DNA of 64,000 bases from the human T2T-CHM13v2.0 reference genome, Homo sapiens: the NCBI RefSeq assembly GCF_009914755.1, contig NC_060932.1; one strand, given 5' to 3'. A program made the position numbers and the translations under genes. Below the pieces are notes generated by a model. It worked only from the letters and a program-made list of their open reading frames with translations, was not told the origin of the DNA and made no database searches. Numbering within the stretch: the stretch's first letter is position 1; each line of letters begins with the position of its first letter. Of the stretch, positions 1 to 13,342 are shown in pieces.

Positions 1-443
1 GTGGTGTCGCACCTGTTTCCTGGAGTATGTGTGGGTCAGTTCCTCTGAGATGTGTACCCAAGGCCTGCTTTGAGATGTGAGAACCGTCAGTCGGGCTTGG
101 CGGGGGCCGCGCCTCCATGCTCCCAGGCAGCACACATTCCTCAGTCTCGACTCTCGCCCGTTGTGAGCCTGCAAGGATGCCACACTGACGTCACAAACAG
201 TGCACGTGCTTGGAAGCAGTTCTGGTTTCTTTTCTGTGAGCTGTGTTGTCATGGTCTTTGCCCATTTTTATCTTGGGCTGCTTGTCCTTTCCTTAGGGAT
301 GTGTAGGGCTCTTCAGGCCCTTGGGAAAAGCTGTCCTGGTGACAGAGGCCCGGCAGGTCTCTCTTCCGGCTGTGAAACAAGCGCTGCGGAATGCAGTTTC
401 CTTGCTTATCGTGCCCGTGGGCTCTGAGGGATGTCATGGCCGA

Positions 444-540
444 GTGTGTGTATGAGTGTGTATGTGTGTATATGAATGTGTGTGGGTGTGAAAATGTGTA
501 TGTGTGTATATGTGTGCGAGTGTGCGTGTGTGCGCGCGCT
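444..540. repeat. Degenerate (TG)n/(TATG)n microsatellite
   Basis: Direct reading. Confidence 0.9.
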
Positions 541-560
541 GTACCTCTCCCTGCGTGGTG

Positions 561-680
561 AAGCCATCAGATTGTGCGCTCACTGATCCCTGTTGTTGAG
601 TCTGATAAGGGTGAGCTCAGAAGCCATCAGATCGTGGCCTCACTGGTCCCAGTTGTGGAGTCCGATGAGGGTGAGCTCAG
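561..680. repeat. 60-bp tandem duplication (2 diverged copies)
   Basis: aagccatcag...gggtgagctcag at 561-620 and 621-680. Confidence 0.88.
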
Positions 681-1769
681 ATGCTCTGTGGTCACTCCCT
701 GTGCCGTGCTTCGGGGACGCTGAGATGCTGCACCAGCCAGGCAGGGCGGGGTGGGCCCCACTTCCATCGAGCTCCTGCGGATGATGAGCACCACCCAGGA
801 GCCACCTGGGGGGCAGGGCAGGGGCTGAATCCCACTGGGGGTGACTGTCTCTCACATGACAGGAGTCCAGGGCATGCATGGAGGCTCCTCCGTGTCATCT
901 AGCGCCAGCTCCTTCTGTCACTCCTCTGTGGCCTGGAGCGGCCTGCTGTCTCCCGGTCACGAGCCAGCCCGTGGGCATCAGCACCGCAAGAGCAGGGTCC
1001 GTCCATCTTTTGAGGCACCCCCACCCCCGCCACACAGTGCCTTCTGTTTCCTCTCATTGGGCAGAATCGTGTCATGTGGCCGCCCAGTTGCAAGGGAGCC
1101 CGGGAAGGGTGCGTGGGCCCTGTCCAGCAGACCTGGCTGCTTGTGATAATGCCATCAGTGGCCCTGTTGTCACTTTGGCCTTGCTTACGTTGCCGATTAG
1201 GTTAGGAAATGGTCTTGATTCTGGGATATGTGAGCCTGAAGTTACCAATGTAAAGCAGCACCTAATACATGTTTTGGCCAAATGGGCATTTGTTAAAAAA
1301 AACAACAAGGTTTGGTCAGAGCTCAATGTCACCATCTTTGGACAAATTTATGTGATATAAGAATACATCAGAGATTTTATTGAAAAATATATTGCAATTT
1401 CATCATTACATACTTTAATGGCAAAATATGCTATTAACAGTGCAAGGCCAATATGCTCCCTGTTGCAGCTGCCCGTGAGGTGGCCTTCCCCAGGGACGCT
1501 GACATGTCTGCCACCTCCAGCATGGCCGTGCAGAAGCAAGACGTCCATGGGCAGCTCCAATGGTGACGTTGCCTGCACGCCACCTAGCTGAGCAGGAACA
1601 GTTGTATTGGAGGCGTGTGGGTGACGAGAGAGAGGTTAACGGCTGGTGTTTGTGTGAAACTGGAGACAAATGAGGACTGGGCATTGTGTCTACGTGGGCG
1701 TGTGCAACAACTGCGTGCATGACAGCTGCTGTGGATCACATGGGCTCATGAGTGTGCCTGGTGTCCACA

Positions 1770-2385
1770 GATGTGCACAGTGGTCATAAGTGTGCAGTGT
1801 TGGTGTGTGTGCACAGTGGCTGTGGGTGTGCGTAGTAGCCATAGGTGTGCACAGCGGCCATGGGTGTGCAAAGTAGTGGGTGTGCACGGTGCTGGGCGTG
1901 CACAGTGGCCGTGGGTGTGCACTGTGGTAGGCGTGCACAGTGCCTAGATGTGCACGCTGTTGGTGTGCATGGTGATGGGCATGCACAGTGGGTGTGCACA
2001 GTGGCCGAGGGTGTGCATGGTGGTGGTGTGCAGTGTCTGGGTGTGCACTGTGGTAGGTGTGAACAGTGGGTGTGCATGGTGGTGGCCGTGCACAGTGGGT
2101 GTGCATATCGGTGTCTGTGGGTGTGCACAGTGTCTTGGGTGAGCATAGTGGTGGGCACGCTGCATAGGGTGGGTGTGCGCAGTGGTGGTGGGTGTGCACG
2201 GTGGTGGGCGTGCACGGTGGTGGGCATGCACAGTGGGTGTGCATAGTGACTGTGGGCGTGCACAGTGTGGGTGTACACTGTGGTAGGTGTGCACAGTGGA
2301 TGTGCACAGTGGCCGTGGGTGTGCACAGTGTCTGTGGGTGTGCACGGTGGTGGGTTTGCACAGTGACTTTGGGCATGCACTGTCT
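1770..2385. repeat. GT-rich minisatellite built on TGGGTGTGCACAG-like units
   Basis: Dozens of degenerate GTGCAC/GTGCAT-centred units. Confidence 0.9.
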
Positions 2386-2859
2386 TGTTCTGCTGCAGTG
2401 CTGGTGGCGTAGTGTCCACAGGCTGGCTGAGCACTGGTGGCAGCTGCGGTGAGTGTTGCTTCTTGCCTGATGGGACTTCTTTGGTGTTGCTGCTCCTCCC
2501 TTGGTTGGGGTTTTCTAGAGCCCTGAGCGCCCTCACACTGAGGTCAGCGCTGTTATCTGTGAGAAGAAGCTGTGTCAGGCTCTGGTGACACACACTTCAC
2601 CCTGCCAAGCCCCCCAGTAACTGCTGTGGACCAGGTAGCAAGAAGATTTGCCCTGAGCAGCGCAAGGGGCAGGACCCATGGCTGGGGCTCCACACTCAGG
2701 GTGTCTGGCTCCTTCATTAGGTGATGGCTTCGCCGATTCACTCTCACTTGCTCTCCTTTTCCTGTTTCTTGGGCCTCTCCTCGCCTGGCCACCTGACCAA
2801 AAGATTGCTTTATGTGATGTGATTCATGTAACAAGTGCTTCTGCCTTAAACCCAGAGTC

Positions 2860-3149
<290 letters not shown>

Positions 3150-3449
3150 CATTGGGTGCTATTTCTAAAACGGAAGGGAGACTCTGGCAAACAATCTTAG
3201 GTACAGAGTCAGGAGAGGACCCCCATGCTCTTCGCGACCTCACAGATGACCTTGCTGCCCAGCACAGGGGCTGCAGAGACCTGGCCTGACAGGCCCCGCC
3301 CACTGGGCCACAGCATCCTCCTTTGTCTTCTTCTGTGACTTCTTTGGAACAATTGCACTAGGCCTACAGAGACCCTTACTGGTGCATATTTCTCTTCTGT
3401 TTGGATCTGGTGACTAGAAAATACCGACGGGCCAAAAGAATAATTCATC

Positions 3450-3680
3450 GGGAATCCCGCCACCTGGTGGAGATTTTCGCATAACCACCTGGTGCCTGCG
3501 CCGCGTGCTGAAGCCTGCCTTCCCGCTCAGCTCACCCCTGCAGGGCCGGCAGTGCCTGTGACTCGGAAGTGAGATGTAAGAGATGAGGAAATTTCCTCCT
3601 GAGCCTGTGACAGCGCCGACTTCCTTCCTGTGGCGGTCGTCTTTTAGTTGCTGCCGTGACGACTCAGTCGTCCTGGACTC
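3450..3680. promoter_or_regulatory. Candidate intronic CTCF site/enhancer
   Basis: Minus-strand CCACCAGGTGGCG (3458-3470), ETS cores CGGAAGTG (~3564) and ACTTCCTTCCTG (~3619), locally CpG-rich. Motif evidence only. Confidence 0.45.
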
Positions 3681-5290
3681 AACTGTGGCCATGATAGCGG
3701 ATTCCCTAGACAGGCATCGCTGTTGACGCTTTGGTATGGAATCGGAACAGGGCGTGGCGGAGCTGGACCATTAGCCACGTCTTTTGCTGTTTCAGACTCG
3801 GGATCTGAGGATCTGAGGATCTGAGGTCACAGGTACTCCCCTTTCAAGCAGCGACCAGCAGGGAAGGCATACCCCAGCTCTGGGCAGACCGTCTGCCCAG
3901 CCTCACGGCCCAGGTCTGCTGGCAAAGGGCTTTCCTCTCTGTGTCTCAGTTTCCCCTTTTGAATGAGCCACCTCATAAGGTGGCTGTAAGGATTCAGTGG
4001 GACCCCATATAGAGTGGATTCTGGTTCTTGGGGTGTAGCAAGTGTTGCTGGATACAGCAGTGCCATAAGGGAAGCAGGTGTGCAGCTCAGCAGTGGCCTG
4101 GCCAGGATGTCTCTGCCTTATCGGGGAAGGCGTGCGTGGGCATGCCTACCTGGGTGTTGAGGGATGGGTAGGAGTTTCCTGGTGTGAGCAGGCAGGATGA
4201 GTGTGTGTGTGCGTGTAACAACACGACCTGTTTGGGAGCATGCTTGGTACGGCTGGGCTGTGGGGTGGGTAGGTGGGGCCCAATCTTGGAAGAATGTGGC
4301 TGTGGTATACAGAAGCAGCCCTGAGTGTTAAACATGGGAGCGGGAACTCCTCTCTGCATTTGAGAAAAGTGGCTCTGAGTGCCACGCAAAGCAGGCTGTG
4401 AGTGCGGGTGGCTCTGAAGGCAGGAGCCACTGAGGAGGGTTTTCCTGTGCAGAACTGAGGGGGACTTGCTGCACGTCAGGGGACAGAGAGAGGGACACTG
4501 GGTGGAGGCAGAGCCGAGCAGGCAGGCTAGGGGCTTGAGTTGGCAGGACCTGCCGGCAGGGACTTGGGATTTCCGAGGGGTCGTCCCATCTCCCGCTGAC
4601 AGATAAGCAGGTTCGTTCCGCGACTTGCCAGGAGTCTCTGTGAAAGGTCGTGAAGCGGGCTTCAGGCTCAGGCTCCTCTGACTCCAGAGCCCGTGAGTGC
4701 TGGCCTCGTGGGAAGGTTACTGCTTCTCATCAGCGGAGGTGATTTCAGTTGCAGACAACAAAAGTCAATGATTTGCTGGTAACCAAAGAGTGTGGAGGTC
4801 GGGCCAGTTACAGGAGAGGCCGACCCAGTGGCAGGGCAGCGGCGCTAAGGATCCAACCTTCCCGGCGTTAGCTTCATCCTAGGACTAGCTCCCCTTGTGA
4901 CCCCAAGACAGTGGCCAGCAGTTCTAGTGATGAGGAAGGTCTTTGCCCCCATTAGAAGAGTGTCCTTGTCCGGAAGGACTTTCCTACCCAAAGGTAAGAG
5001 TTGCTGTGACTACCTGAAGCAGGTCCCGTGGCCATCCCAGAGCGGGCGGCTGGAAAGGGCTGCGGGCTCAGCCTAGATCGTGTGCCCCTCCCTTGACAGC
5101 TGGACACACCTGGGCTGCAGGGAAGGCCCTGGGAAACCTTCTAGGCAGTTTCCATCCAGCGCCCTGAGTGCTGGCGCCACCTGCTGCCGGGTTCCGGTAG
5201 TGTGCGGTTTCTTCAGGTCATGGAGAAGCCCTTGGGGCTCCCGAGGTATGTGGCTGTAAGATACCTCTCTTTTCTTCTTATCAAACTAAG

Positions 5291-5550
5291 GACAGGAGAA
5301 ACAAATCGACCCAGAAACATTCAAAGATTTCTACAACTGCTGGAAGGAGACGGAAGCAGAAGCCCAGGAGGTCAGTCTGCCGTGGCTGGTGATGGAACAC
5401 CTGGATAAAAACGAGTGTGTGTGTAAGTTGTCCAGCTCCGTCAAGACAAACCTAGGCGTTGGCAAGATCGCCATGACCCAGAAGCGCCTGTTCCTCCTAA
5501 CCGAAGGAAGGCCAGGCTACTTGGAGATTTCCACCTTCAGAAATATAGAG
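5291..5550 (+). CDS. DENND3: DENND3 internal coding exon (PH/GRAM-like region; [21 protein letters not shown]...EISTFRNIE)
   Basis: Pyrimidine tract + AG at 5289-5290 and GTAAGG donor at 5551. Open frame joins the next exon in phase 0. Peptide recognised as DENND3. Upstream exons lie outside the window. Confidence 0.93.
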
Positions 5551-6681
5551 GTAAGGACAGCACAGGCAGACGGCGCCAGACCCCACCTGTGTTTAGGAGA
5601 CAGATGGCTGGAGTGGGCCCTGAGCAGTCTGCCAGCCATGCCAAGTACCAGCTGCAGCCCTTCTGCAGACCGAATGCCTTCCTGTCCCTCAGTTTGCTCA
5701 TCTGTAAAGTAGGAATAAGGCTGATACCTTCTCAGTGGGTGGTGGAGATTGAATAGTTTGCATATGGAGCATGCTTAGAATGGTAACTGATTCTCTGTCA
5801 CAGCTGACTTGCATCTGGGAGGCAGGAAGTAAGAATGTGGGCTGACATTCTCATTAGGGACAGTAGGACGCCTTCGTTCATCCATGAGATGTTTACTGAG
5901 AAACTGCCATGTGCCAGCCACGGTGAGCTACAGTAGCTCACATTTTCTAGTCACAGTCGGACCTGGTTCATATAAAACATAACAAGCTTATTTTATAACA
6001 ATTAAAAAATCTTCAAACAGTTTTAACATTATATTCTAAAGGTAGTCATTTTCCCTGTCGAGGAAATCTGAATTTCATCCTGATTCCTCTTACGCCTTAT
6101 AGTTGTTTTCCCAGATTTAAGGGGACTGTAAGAGGCATGTCAGATACACAAATGTTTTATGTGATCACCTGCTGAGTGGTCATAGAAGCCAGAAAGGCAG
6201 TCAAGCCACAGCCGCAGCCCATAGTAAATGCTCGGCCAGTAGATCCCCCTCTTGCTGTTGGCCTTCAGTTTATGCTTTTTTCCACACCTGCTTTTCCAGA
6301 CTTCCTTCTAGAATTCCAAAGAAATGTAAATAAATATAAGGAAAGGGAGATGGAAGTAAAAAAAAACAAAAACAAAACAAAAAAAAAAAAACAAAAAGAG
6401 GGAGAGAGAAGTATTTAAGGATGTGAAAGAATGCGCTGCCTTCGGACACTGGGCGAGCCCAGCTGTGTGGGTGGGTGTAGGTGCCGCACCGCAGGTGAAT
6501 CCTACCTGCCGTCCATGGGAACACTGCCCCTCACCCGGGGCCCTGCCTTCCACATGCCAGCAGGATGCGTGCCTGCAGCCCATCTGCCTCTTCATTCCAG
6601 AGCCCGCTCTGCCTCTGTCTCTGGTGAATCCACGTGTTCTCTGAGTGTGACATTCCTAACTTTTCTTTTCTGCCTCTGCAG

Positions 6682-6852
6682 GAGGTCAGGAGAACCACTA
6701 CTACATTTCTACTTCGGAGAATACCCACTTTAAAAATCAGAGTGGCGTCCAAGAAAGAAGTCTTCGAAGCCAACCTGAAAACCGAGTGTGACCTTTGGCA
6801 CCTGATGGTGAAGGAGATGTGGGCTGGGAAGAAGCTGGCCGATGACCACAAG
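6682..6852 (+). CDS. DENND3: DENND3 coding exon ([11 protein letters not shown]...KKLADDHK)
   Basis: ttttcttttctgcctctgcag acceptor, GTGGGA donor, 171 nt = 57 codons, phase 0/0. Confidence 0.95.
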
Positions 6853-7754
6853 GTGGGAGACGCGGGTCCCCTCTGCCCTTTGCTGTGGCTGCCTCAGGGG
6901 CCTCTCGCCACCTGTGGGTCCTGTGGCAGTCCTCAGCTGTGAGTGCTCGGGCTCGGGTCTGAGTGTCTTAAGCAGAGTAAGTTTGTCGGACACCATCTTG
7001 ACAGAAGCATTGAAGATGTGGTCTGTGTGACCCAGCGAGAGGCCTCACGGTGCTACGGAAGAGCATGATGAGAAAACGCAGGGCGGTCTGGGCAGGTGTG
7101 GGTGCCCCACTGCCCGCTCCAGACTGGCGACATCCCAGAGAGTGGGGCCTCCCGGGGGCGGACGGTGCTGGTGCTGTCCACACCCGCAGGCCGGAGTTGG
7201 GTGTTTTGGGCTTCCCTGCTCTGAGCGACTCTTCACAGTCACAGGATTTGGAATTCGGCAGGGGCAGTACTGCTTTCCTTCCACAGGGTTGAGATGATTT
7301 TTCTAGGGATTGTTGTACCTTAATTTACTTTGGGCCAAATTGATAGCTTTGATGATATCAAATGACAATTGCATAGTAATGAAGGGAACCATGGGCCGGT
7401 GGTGTGTAGAGGAGGCATCCACGCTGCTCAAGGGTGGCACAAGACAGGAAGACGCCTTAGAAAATGGGCAAAGACCATGAACGCGGAACTCACAGAAAGG
7501 GAACAGTTCACCAGGTTATGAAGAGGTGTGTAGCCCCACTAATCCTCAGAGAAATGCCGGGGACGATGGCACCCACTACAGTGGCAGTGCTAGGAGGAAC
7601 AGATGGGGCCACAGCGGGAGGGTTGCTGTTATTACAGGAAGTTCCCGGTCACAGGGCAGAGGGGGACTGGGTCCTTTCTAAGATTCCAGTGCCCTGTGGC
7701 TTTTAGACTAGCCATCTGATGCTATACCCACTGGTTTACATAGCATAAACCAGC

Positions 7755-7960
7755 ATAGTCAAACCAAAGCCCGTGGGCCAGTGGACTGTCTTTGTAAGTA
7801 AAGTTTTATTGGAACACAGTCCTGCCTGTTTGTTTATGAAATGTCCCTCGGTGCTCCCATGCCGCAGTGGCAGGCAGTGGGTGATCTCAGCTGAGACTGG
7901 CCACAAAGCTTGAAATGCCTCCTGCCTAGCCCCTTCTAGAAAACACTGGCTGAGCCCTGG
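7755..7960. mobile_element. MER58-like hAT DNA transposon fossil
   Basis: tttgtaagtaaagttttattggaacacag core matches the recalled MER58A consensus. Confidence 0.7.
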
Positions 7961-8157
7961 TATAAACAATCAATATTTGTCTTAAGTAAGAGAAGAAATA
8001 TATGACATAAAATCCAAATTCATCCGTGATCTAAACTCTTCATGTCACTTTGGAAAAAGGCATTTTGGAAGGATTGTCCTGTGTGTTGCAACAAGGTCTC
8101 CGGTGAACTGATCTTAGTGATTCTTGCTGTTTTGAAACGCACGTGTTTCTGTTGTAG

Positions 8158-8287
8158 GACCCTCACTACGTCCAGCAGGCGCTGACCAACGTCTTGCTGA
8201 TGGACGCCGTCGTGGGCACACTGCAGTCACCAGGCGCCATCTACGCTGCCTCCAAGTTATCCTACTTTGATAAGATGAGTAACGAAA
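8158..8287 (+). CDS. DENND3: DENND3 coding exon ([20 protein letters not shown]...DKMSNE)
   Basis: gtttctgttgtag acceptor, GTAAGA donor at 8288, 130 nt, phase 0/1. Not in the ORF track; read by hand. Confidence 0.93.
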
Positions 8288-10198
8288 GTAAGATAAGCCC
8301 GTTCTTAGCGTGGATCATTGTCCTGATTACACGCCTTAAGTGATTTTATCTGGTCGATGTCTGTTTTATCAAGTAGAACCGAGCCCAGCTCCCCCAGTTT
8401 TTTCTTTTATATTTGTAATTTACTCTCGAGTCGCACACCTTATCCGGCATCTTTCCTTCCTTCACTGCACAGTGCACCTTGGAGCCCCTTGCGCATCCAA
8501 TTGAGGCACCTCGTCGTTTTAATGTCTGGATAGCATTGCAATGTACACTGCAAGCATTTGTGGTGATTCGTAATTACAAACAACAGCCTTTCCTCTGGCT
8601 GGCTGAAGCAGACTAGAAACCTGTGGGAGGTTGTGGAGCGGCTCCTGGAATCTCTGACTGGTGGGGAGCGGGTGTCTGGGACTTGCAGTTAGGAACACAC
8701 CTGCTGAGAAGCTGGGAACGTCTACACAGCTGGCCTGTTGACTGACGGGCTTCACCGCTGCATGAGTGAGGAGAGGCCCTGCACGTCAGGATCCGCTTTT
8801 TTCTTGATTGGGTCAGCTTCCCCAGACAGGAATCCTCTGACTGTCCTGTAGATTTGCATCTGGCTCTCGCATTCTGGAAGCCATAGAGGCTGGTGCTGGA
8901 CTCCCATTTTTTTCTTGTGAAAGGTGATCTTCAAGCCTAGGGTTTTCTGGTCTTCTTGTGACTGAGTGATAGACACCGTTTGGGTGAAGGACGTTTGGTC
9001 TGTCCCTTCATCAGTGAGTGAGCACTGGCGTGGCCTCTGTGTTGTGGCTGCTGTGAGCATTCATGTGTAAGCTCTGGTGTGCACATCTGTTTTCATTTCC
9101 CTTGGGCGTAGATCTAGGGGACTCTGGGTTTTTAAAAAGTCGCAGAATTAGGAACAAACCTCACTTACGTGTTTATTTCCTTGGGCACAGTTTGCTCTCT
9201 TTGTGGCATCTGTCACCAACTGCAGGACCTCTGCCACTTTCTGGGTACAGAATCCCTCTCCCACGTGACCCAGAGGGACCTTGAGCTGCAGCAGCAGCCG
9301 GGCTCAGGTGCCTGTGTTCCTGCAAGGCCAGCTGAGTGGCTTGAAGGAGCTTTTGTCTGACAGTCCTGGAACCAGACATTGATTGCTCTTTTCTTTTTCC
9401 TTGGGAGCAAAATCAAACAAACCCCCTACTTCAGCTGTTGATCTCATTCCAAACTCATGCCTAATCTCTGTCGGGCGTTTACAGGAAAGCCTTCTAACGC
9501 CTCTGTTATCAGCGCATGACGGCAGACGAGGAGCCGCCATGCTGGTGTCACTTGGTGTGGTGCGCTGGCTCCCGCTCCCTCGTTACAAATCCGGAAACAT
9601 TTTCCCATGTGTAAAGCTCAGGACACATGAGCCTGAGCTTAATTTAGTAGCTTATGGCCAACTCATGATGGAAGGTCTCAGACTGTACGGAATTAAATAA
9701 TACCCGAAGATGTCATAGTCCGAGGCAGGAGCTGAAGAGGCGTTGGCCGCGGCCAGTTGGCTTTCACCGCAGCCCGGTGTAGCCCGCCAGCCTCGTGCGG
9801 AGTCCTGGTCGACCCCTTGCTGACAGTGTGATCTTCATTTGATCACGGATGTCGACGTGTGTCGGTTTCTTCATCTTTCTTTTTTCAAAATGGGGATAAC
9901 GGGACCAATCTCATCAGGTTGCTATGACAGTAACAAAATGATGGAAGAGAAGCACTTAAGGGGCAGGCCCTGGACGGCAGGGACTGAGGGAGTCCTGGAC
10001 GCAGGAGGTCGAGGCGCCCGCAGGGGCTGGCAGGAGGGACCGCAGAACAGGCTGGTCCCAGGGGCCTCCGGGCAGCAATGAGGAGCCGTGTCAGAGCAGG
10101 CTGTGCCCGGGGGCCTCCAGGCAGGAGGCCGCTTTAGGTTTTGCCTGGAAACATGGGTTGGATTGGATAGCAAGAGGAGCATTAGGATATCCTGAGGA

Positions 10199-10408
10199 GC
10201 AGTGGTTTTGAACGGGGGGCGATGTTGCACCCCCTCACTGCGGAGAGGCATTTTGACAGCACCTGGAGATATCTGTGGTTGTGTGTGAGGTGCTACTGGC
10301 ATCTCATGATGCTCCACATCCCATGGCACACAGGATGCTGGGCATTCGCCCACAGCCAGGATTATCCAGCCCAACACGCCCCTGGTTCTAGGCTGGGAAA
10401 CCGCGCTC
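10199..10408 (+). mobile_element. MER20-like hAT DNA transposon fossil
   Basis: cagtggttttgaacgggggg...tgctactggcatct...ggattatccagccc. Confidence 0.65.
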
Positions 10409-10837
10409 ATGGGTTAGGTCTCTGGGTTTCATCTTGGGAGGGCTTCGTTATTGAGGAGAATTTTATATCTCCGCTTTGCTGGGCACTGTGTCATGTTTGG
10501 GTGTAGCTAGAGATCACAAGGGATGGCTCAGGAGCAGAGAAGAAGGCTGTGTTTAAACAAAGGCAGCTCGAGGCATAGGGGCATGGAGGTGTGGTGTGGA
10601 CACAGGTGGGGGATGCGCCTGGCCACTCACTCGCACACCAGGTGACAACCAGGAAAGGAGGCCGAGGGTGCATGGCTTTCTTTCAGTGCCCCGGGTCCAA
10701 GAGACCTTCGTCTTCACAAATTAGGAAGTTTTACCTGCAAGCTGATATTCTGCAGAAATCAGAGTGCGTGAGGCCGTTGCATCGCGTCTGTTTCCTTGAG
10801 GCTGCAACAGTAACACTCCAAGTGTCTTGTCTTTCAG

Positions 10838-10945
10838 TGCCCATGACGCTTCCGGAGACAACCCTGGAAACACTGAAGCATAAAATCAACCCCTCGGCGG
10901 GGGAGGCGTTCCCACAAGCGGTGGACGTGCTGCTCTACACTCCAG
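10838..10945 (+). CDS. DENND3: DENND3 coding exon ([19 protein letters not shown]...LLYTP)
   Basis: tcttgtctttcag acceptor, GTAAGG donor, 108 nt, phase 1/1. Confidence 0.95.
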
Positions 10946-11257
10946 GTAAGGCCCCTCTGCCCGCGCCTCGCTGCCAGTTTTCAGCCAATCTGATGCGCTT
11001 AGGTTTGGGTTCAGGGTCAGCCCTGAAGTGAAAGGGGAGCCAGTGTCACGGGATAAGTGGGGACAAGGTGCCTGTTGCTTTCTGAGGTGAAGTGCTGAGT
11101 GACAGGTGTGCAGCTGGCACGACCGCTCCACGGACTCAGCCTCACGGTGACTGGAGCCAGAGAGCCCACGGGAGATGGAATTGGGGCCAGCACTTGAGCT
11201 CCCGCCCCAGGGCTGCCGTCCCTCACCTTCTAGAGCAGTCGACGGTCACGCTAGCTC

Positions 11258-11416
11258 TTTCTTTTTTTGAGACGGAGTCTTGCTCTGTCACCCAGGCTGG
11301 AGTGCAGTGGTGAATCTTGGCTCACTGCATCCTCCAACTCCTGGATTCAAGTGATTCTCCTGCCTCAGCCTCCCGAGTAGCTGGGACCCCAGGCACCCGC
11401 CACCATGTCTGGCTAA
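11258..11416 (-). mobile_element. Alu right arm
   Basis: ttttttgagacggagtcttgctctgtcacccaggctggagtgcagtgg. Confidence 0.88.
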
Positions 11417-11864
11417 CACACTGGCACTTTCTAAAGCACTCTTGCTCACATCGTTTCCGCAGAAGCTCTTAATGGGATCCTCTTGTCATGGTGATAAGGT
11501 GATGGCGCCTCAGATATTTGTTGTCATAGGAACTGGAATGACAAGGAGTCTGTGTGGCCCTGAGCGGCCCTGAGTGCCTGCCAGTCCCTCTTCTCCGCTG
11601 GGTGCGGCTGCACCTGCCTCCTGTGCTTGGCTTTCCTGGGACCCTGCACGCCGCATCAGGGTGGTGGCAGGAGAAGGAAATGGGCGCGGCCAAGAGTCTT
11701 GGTATAAAAAAAGATGGCTGTCATGTCGCACGTTGAAACGGTGGAAAATACTTTTATTTAATTTTGGCTTATGGACAGTGCAGCAGGGAAGCTTATGCTG
11801 AGGGTTTACAGTGTGGAAAACAAAGGAATACAGTTCTCGGCAGAAAAGATTTGTATTTTTTGTG

Positions 11865-12185
11865 TATTTTTTATTTTTTTGAGTCAGGGTCTTGCTCTGT
11901 TGCCCAGGCTGGAGTGTAGTTGGTGCAATCATGGCTCATTGCAGCCTCAACCTCCTGGATTCAAGCGATCCTCTTGCCTCAGCCTCCTGGGTAGCTGGGA
12001 CCATCGGCTTGTACCACCAAATCCAGGCACGTGCCACCGAAACCAGGTGATTTTAAAAATTTTGTGTAGAGACGGGGTTTCGCCATGTTGCCTAGGCTGA
12101 TCTCGAACTCCTGGGCTCAAGCGATACCTCTCCACCTTGGCCTCCCGAAGCGCTGGGATTACAGGTGTGAGCCACTGCGCCAGCC
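11865..12185 (-). mobile_element. Alu (J-like)
   Basis: Reverse dimeric Alu consensus. Confidence 0.9.
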
Positions 12186-13342
12186 CAGAAGGGATTTTTA
12201 AAATTGTCACTTTGTTTGTTGCATCTGCGTCTGCAGGTGTCAGCCGTAGGTGTCAGGGATGCAGATGTAGGTGTCACCCCCTCTCACAGGCCATGTCCGC
12301 GGCTTCACAGAGCACCTGGCCATTCACACACGGAGCTCATGCTTCAGGTGGGCAGAGAAGCTGTGTGTGAAGCGATTTCCCCATAAGAGAGTTTTTCTCT
12401 CTTCATGGCAGGCCAAGAAACCCAGGAACGCGATAGACCCTGGCTGAGTGAGCAGGCAGCGTCATCAGGGCCGCCCCGCGTGAGCCCTACCTGATGTGTC
12501 TAAGCCAGGCTCTGTGCTGACTTCGCCAGAGATGACTCCACAGACCAAGATACTTTGACCGTGGCATTTGAATACATGGTATTTTTAGGTCCCGGTTGGT
12601 TTCCCTGAAATGAAACTCACTCTGAGCTTCCTGTTGTGACGGGCGAGGAGTTCAGGCGGCTTCCCCTCCAGGAGCATCTCGAAGGCCTGCAGAGAGCGTG
12701 CAAAGCAGCCGTGGGGAATGGGGAAACCGCCTTTTCCTGTGGCTGCCGATTCTGGAAGGGGTGGCCGAGAAGCTGGTAGCCGAGCAGGGCTTTTGCAAGC
12801 CTTGTGAGATTGCAGGGACAAGAGGTGGGGTCAGGCCCCATCAAGAAGGGGGAGTCTTGTTATTCCCATTAGCTTGGGGCTGGGTCTCCGACAGGTTCCT
12901 AGGAGTTAGGAGAACCAGCCCTGAGGCCAGGCCACAGGTCAGCTCAGGCTCTGCCCATGGGGAGCGTGCCTCTCAGAGACGGCAGTGTCTCACCCATGGG
13001 AGCAACAGACCACTGGAATCGCACCCCAGAAAGACCGGGAGGCCTGCCCTTCTGGACTCAGGACGGAGGCAGCACTGCAGGGCGGGGGGTCGCTTGAATA
13101 TCCTCAGGGGAAAGGTGAAACCTCGCCCCTTCACACTGCCCTGCGGTCAGGCCCAAGGGGGCCGAAACCTCAACGCGGTGGTAAAAGGCAAATGTGAACA
13201 ATGAAAGCAAGCAGACTTCTAGGTGATAGGGTAGAAGAATATTTTCATGACTTTATGGTAAAGAAAAAAATGCATAAATTATATATAAAATACCATAAAG
13301 GAAAAGAATGTTGAATTTGACTATATTAAAAGCAATGACTTT

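Noticed and set aside
1690-2593. His/Thr/Pro/Cys-rich ORFs of 130-270 aa
   Set aside because: They are translations of the GT-rich minisatellite, with no splice context or recognisable domain.
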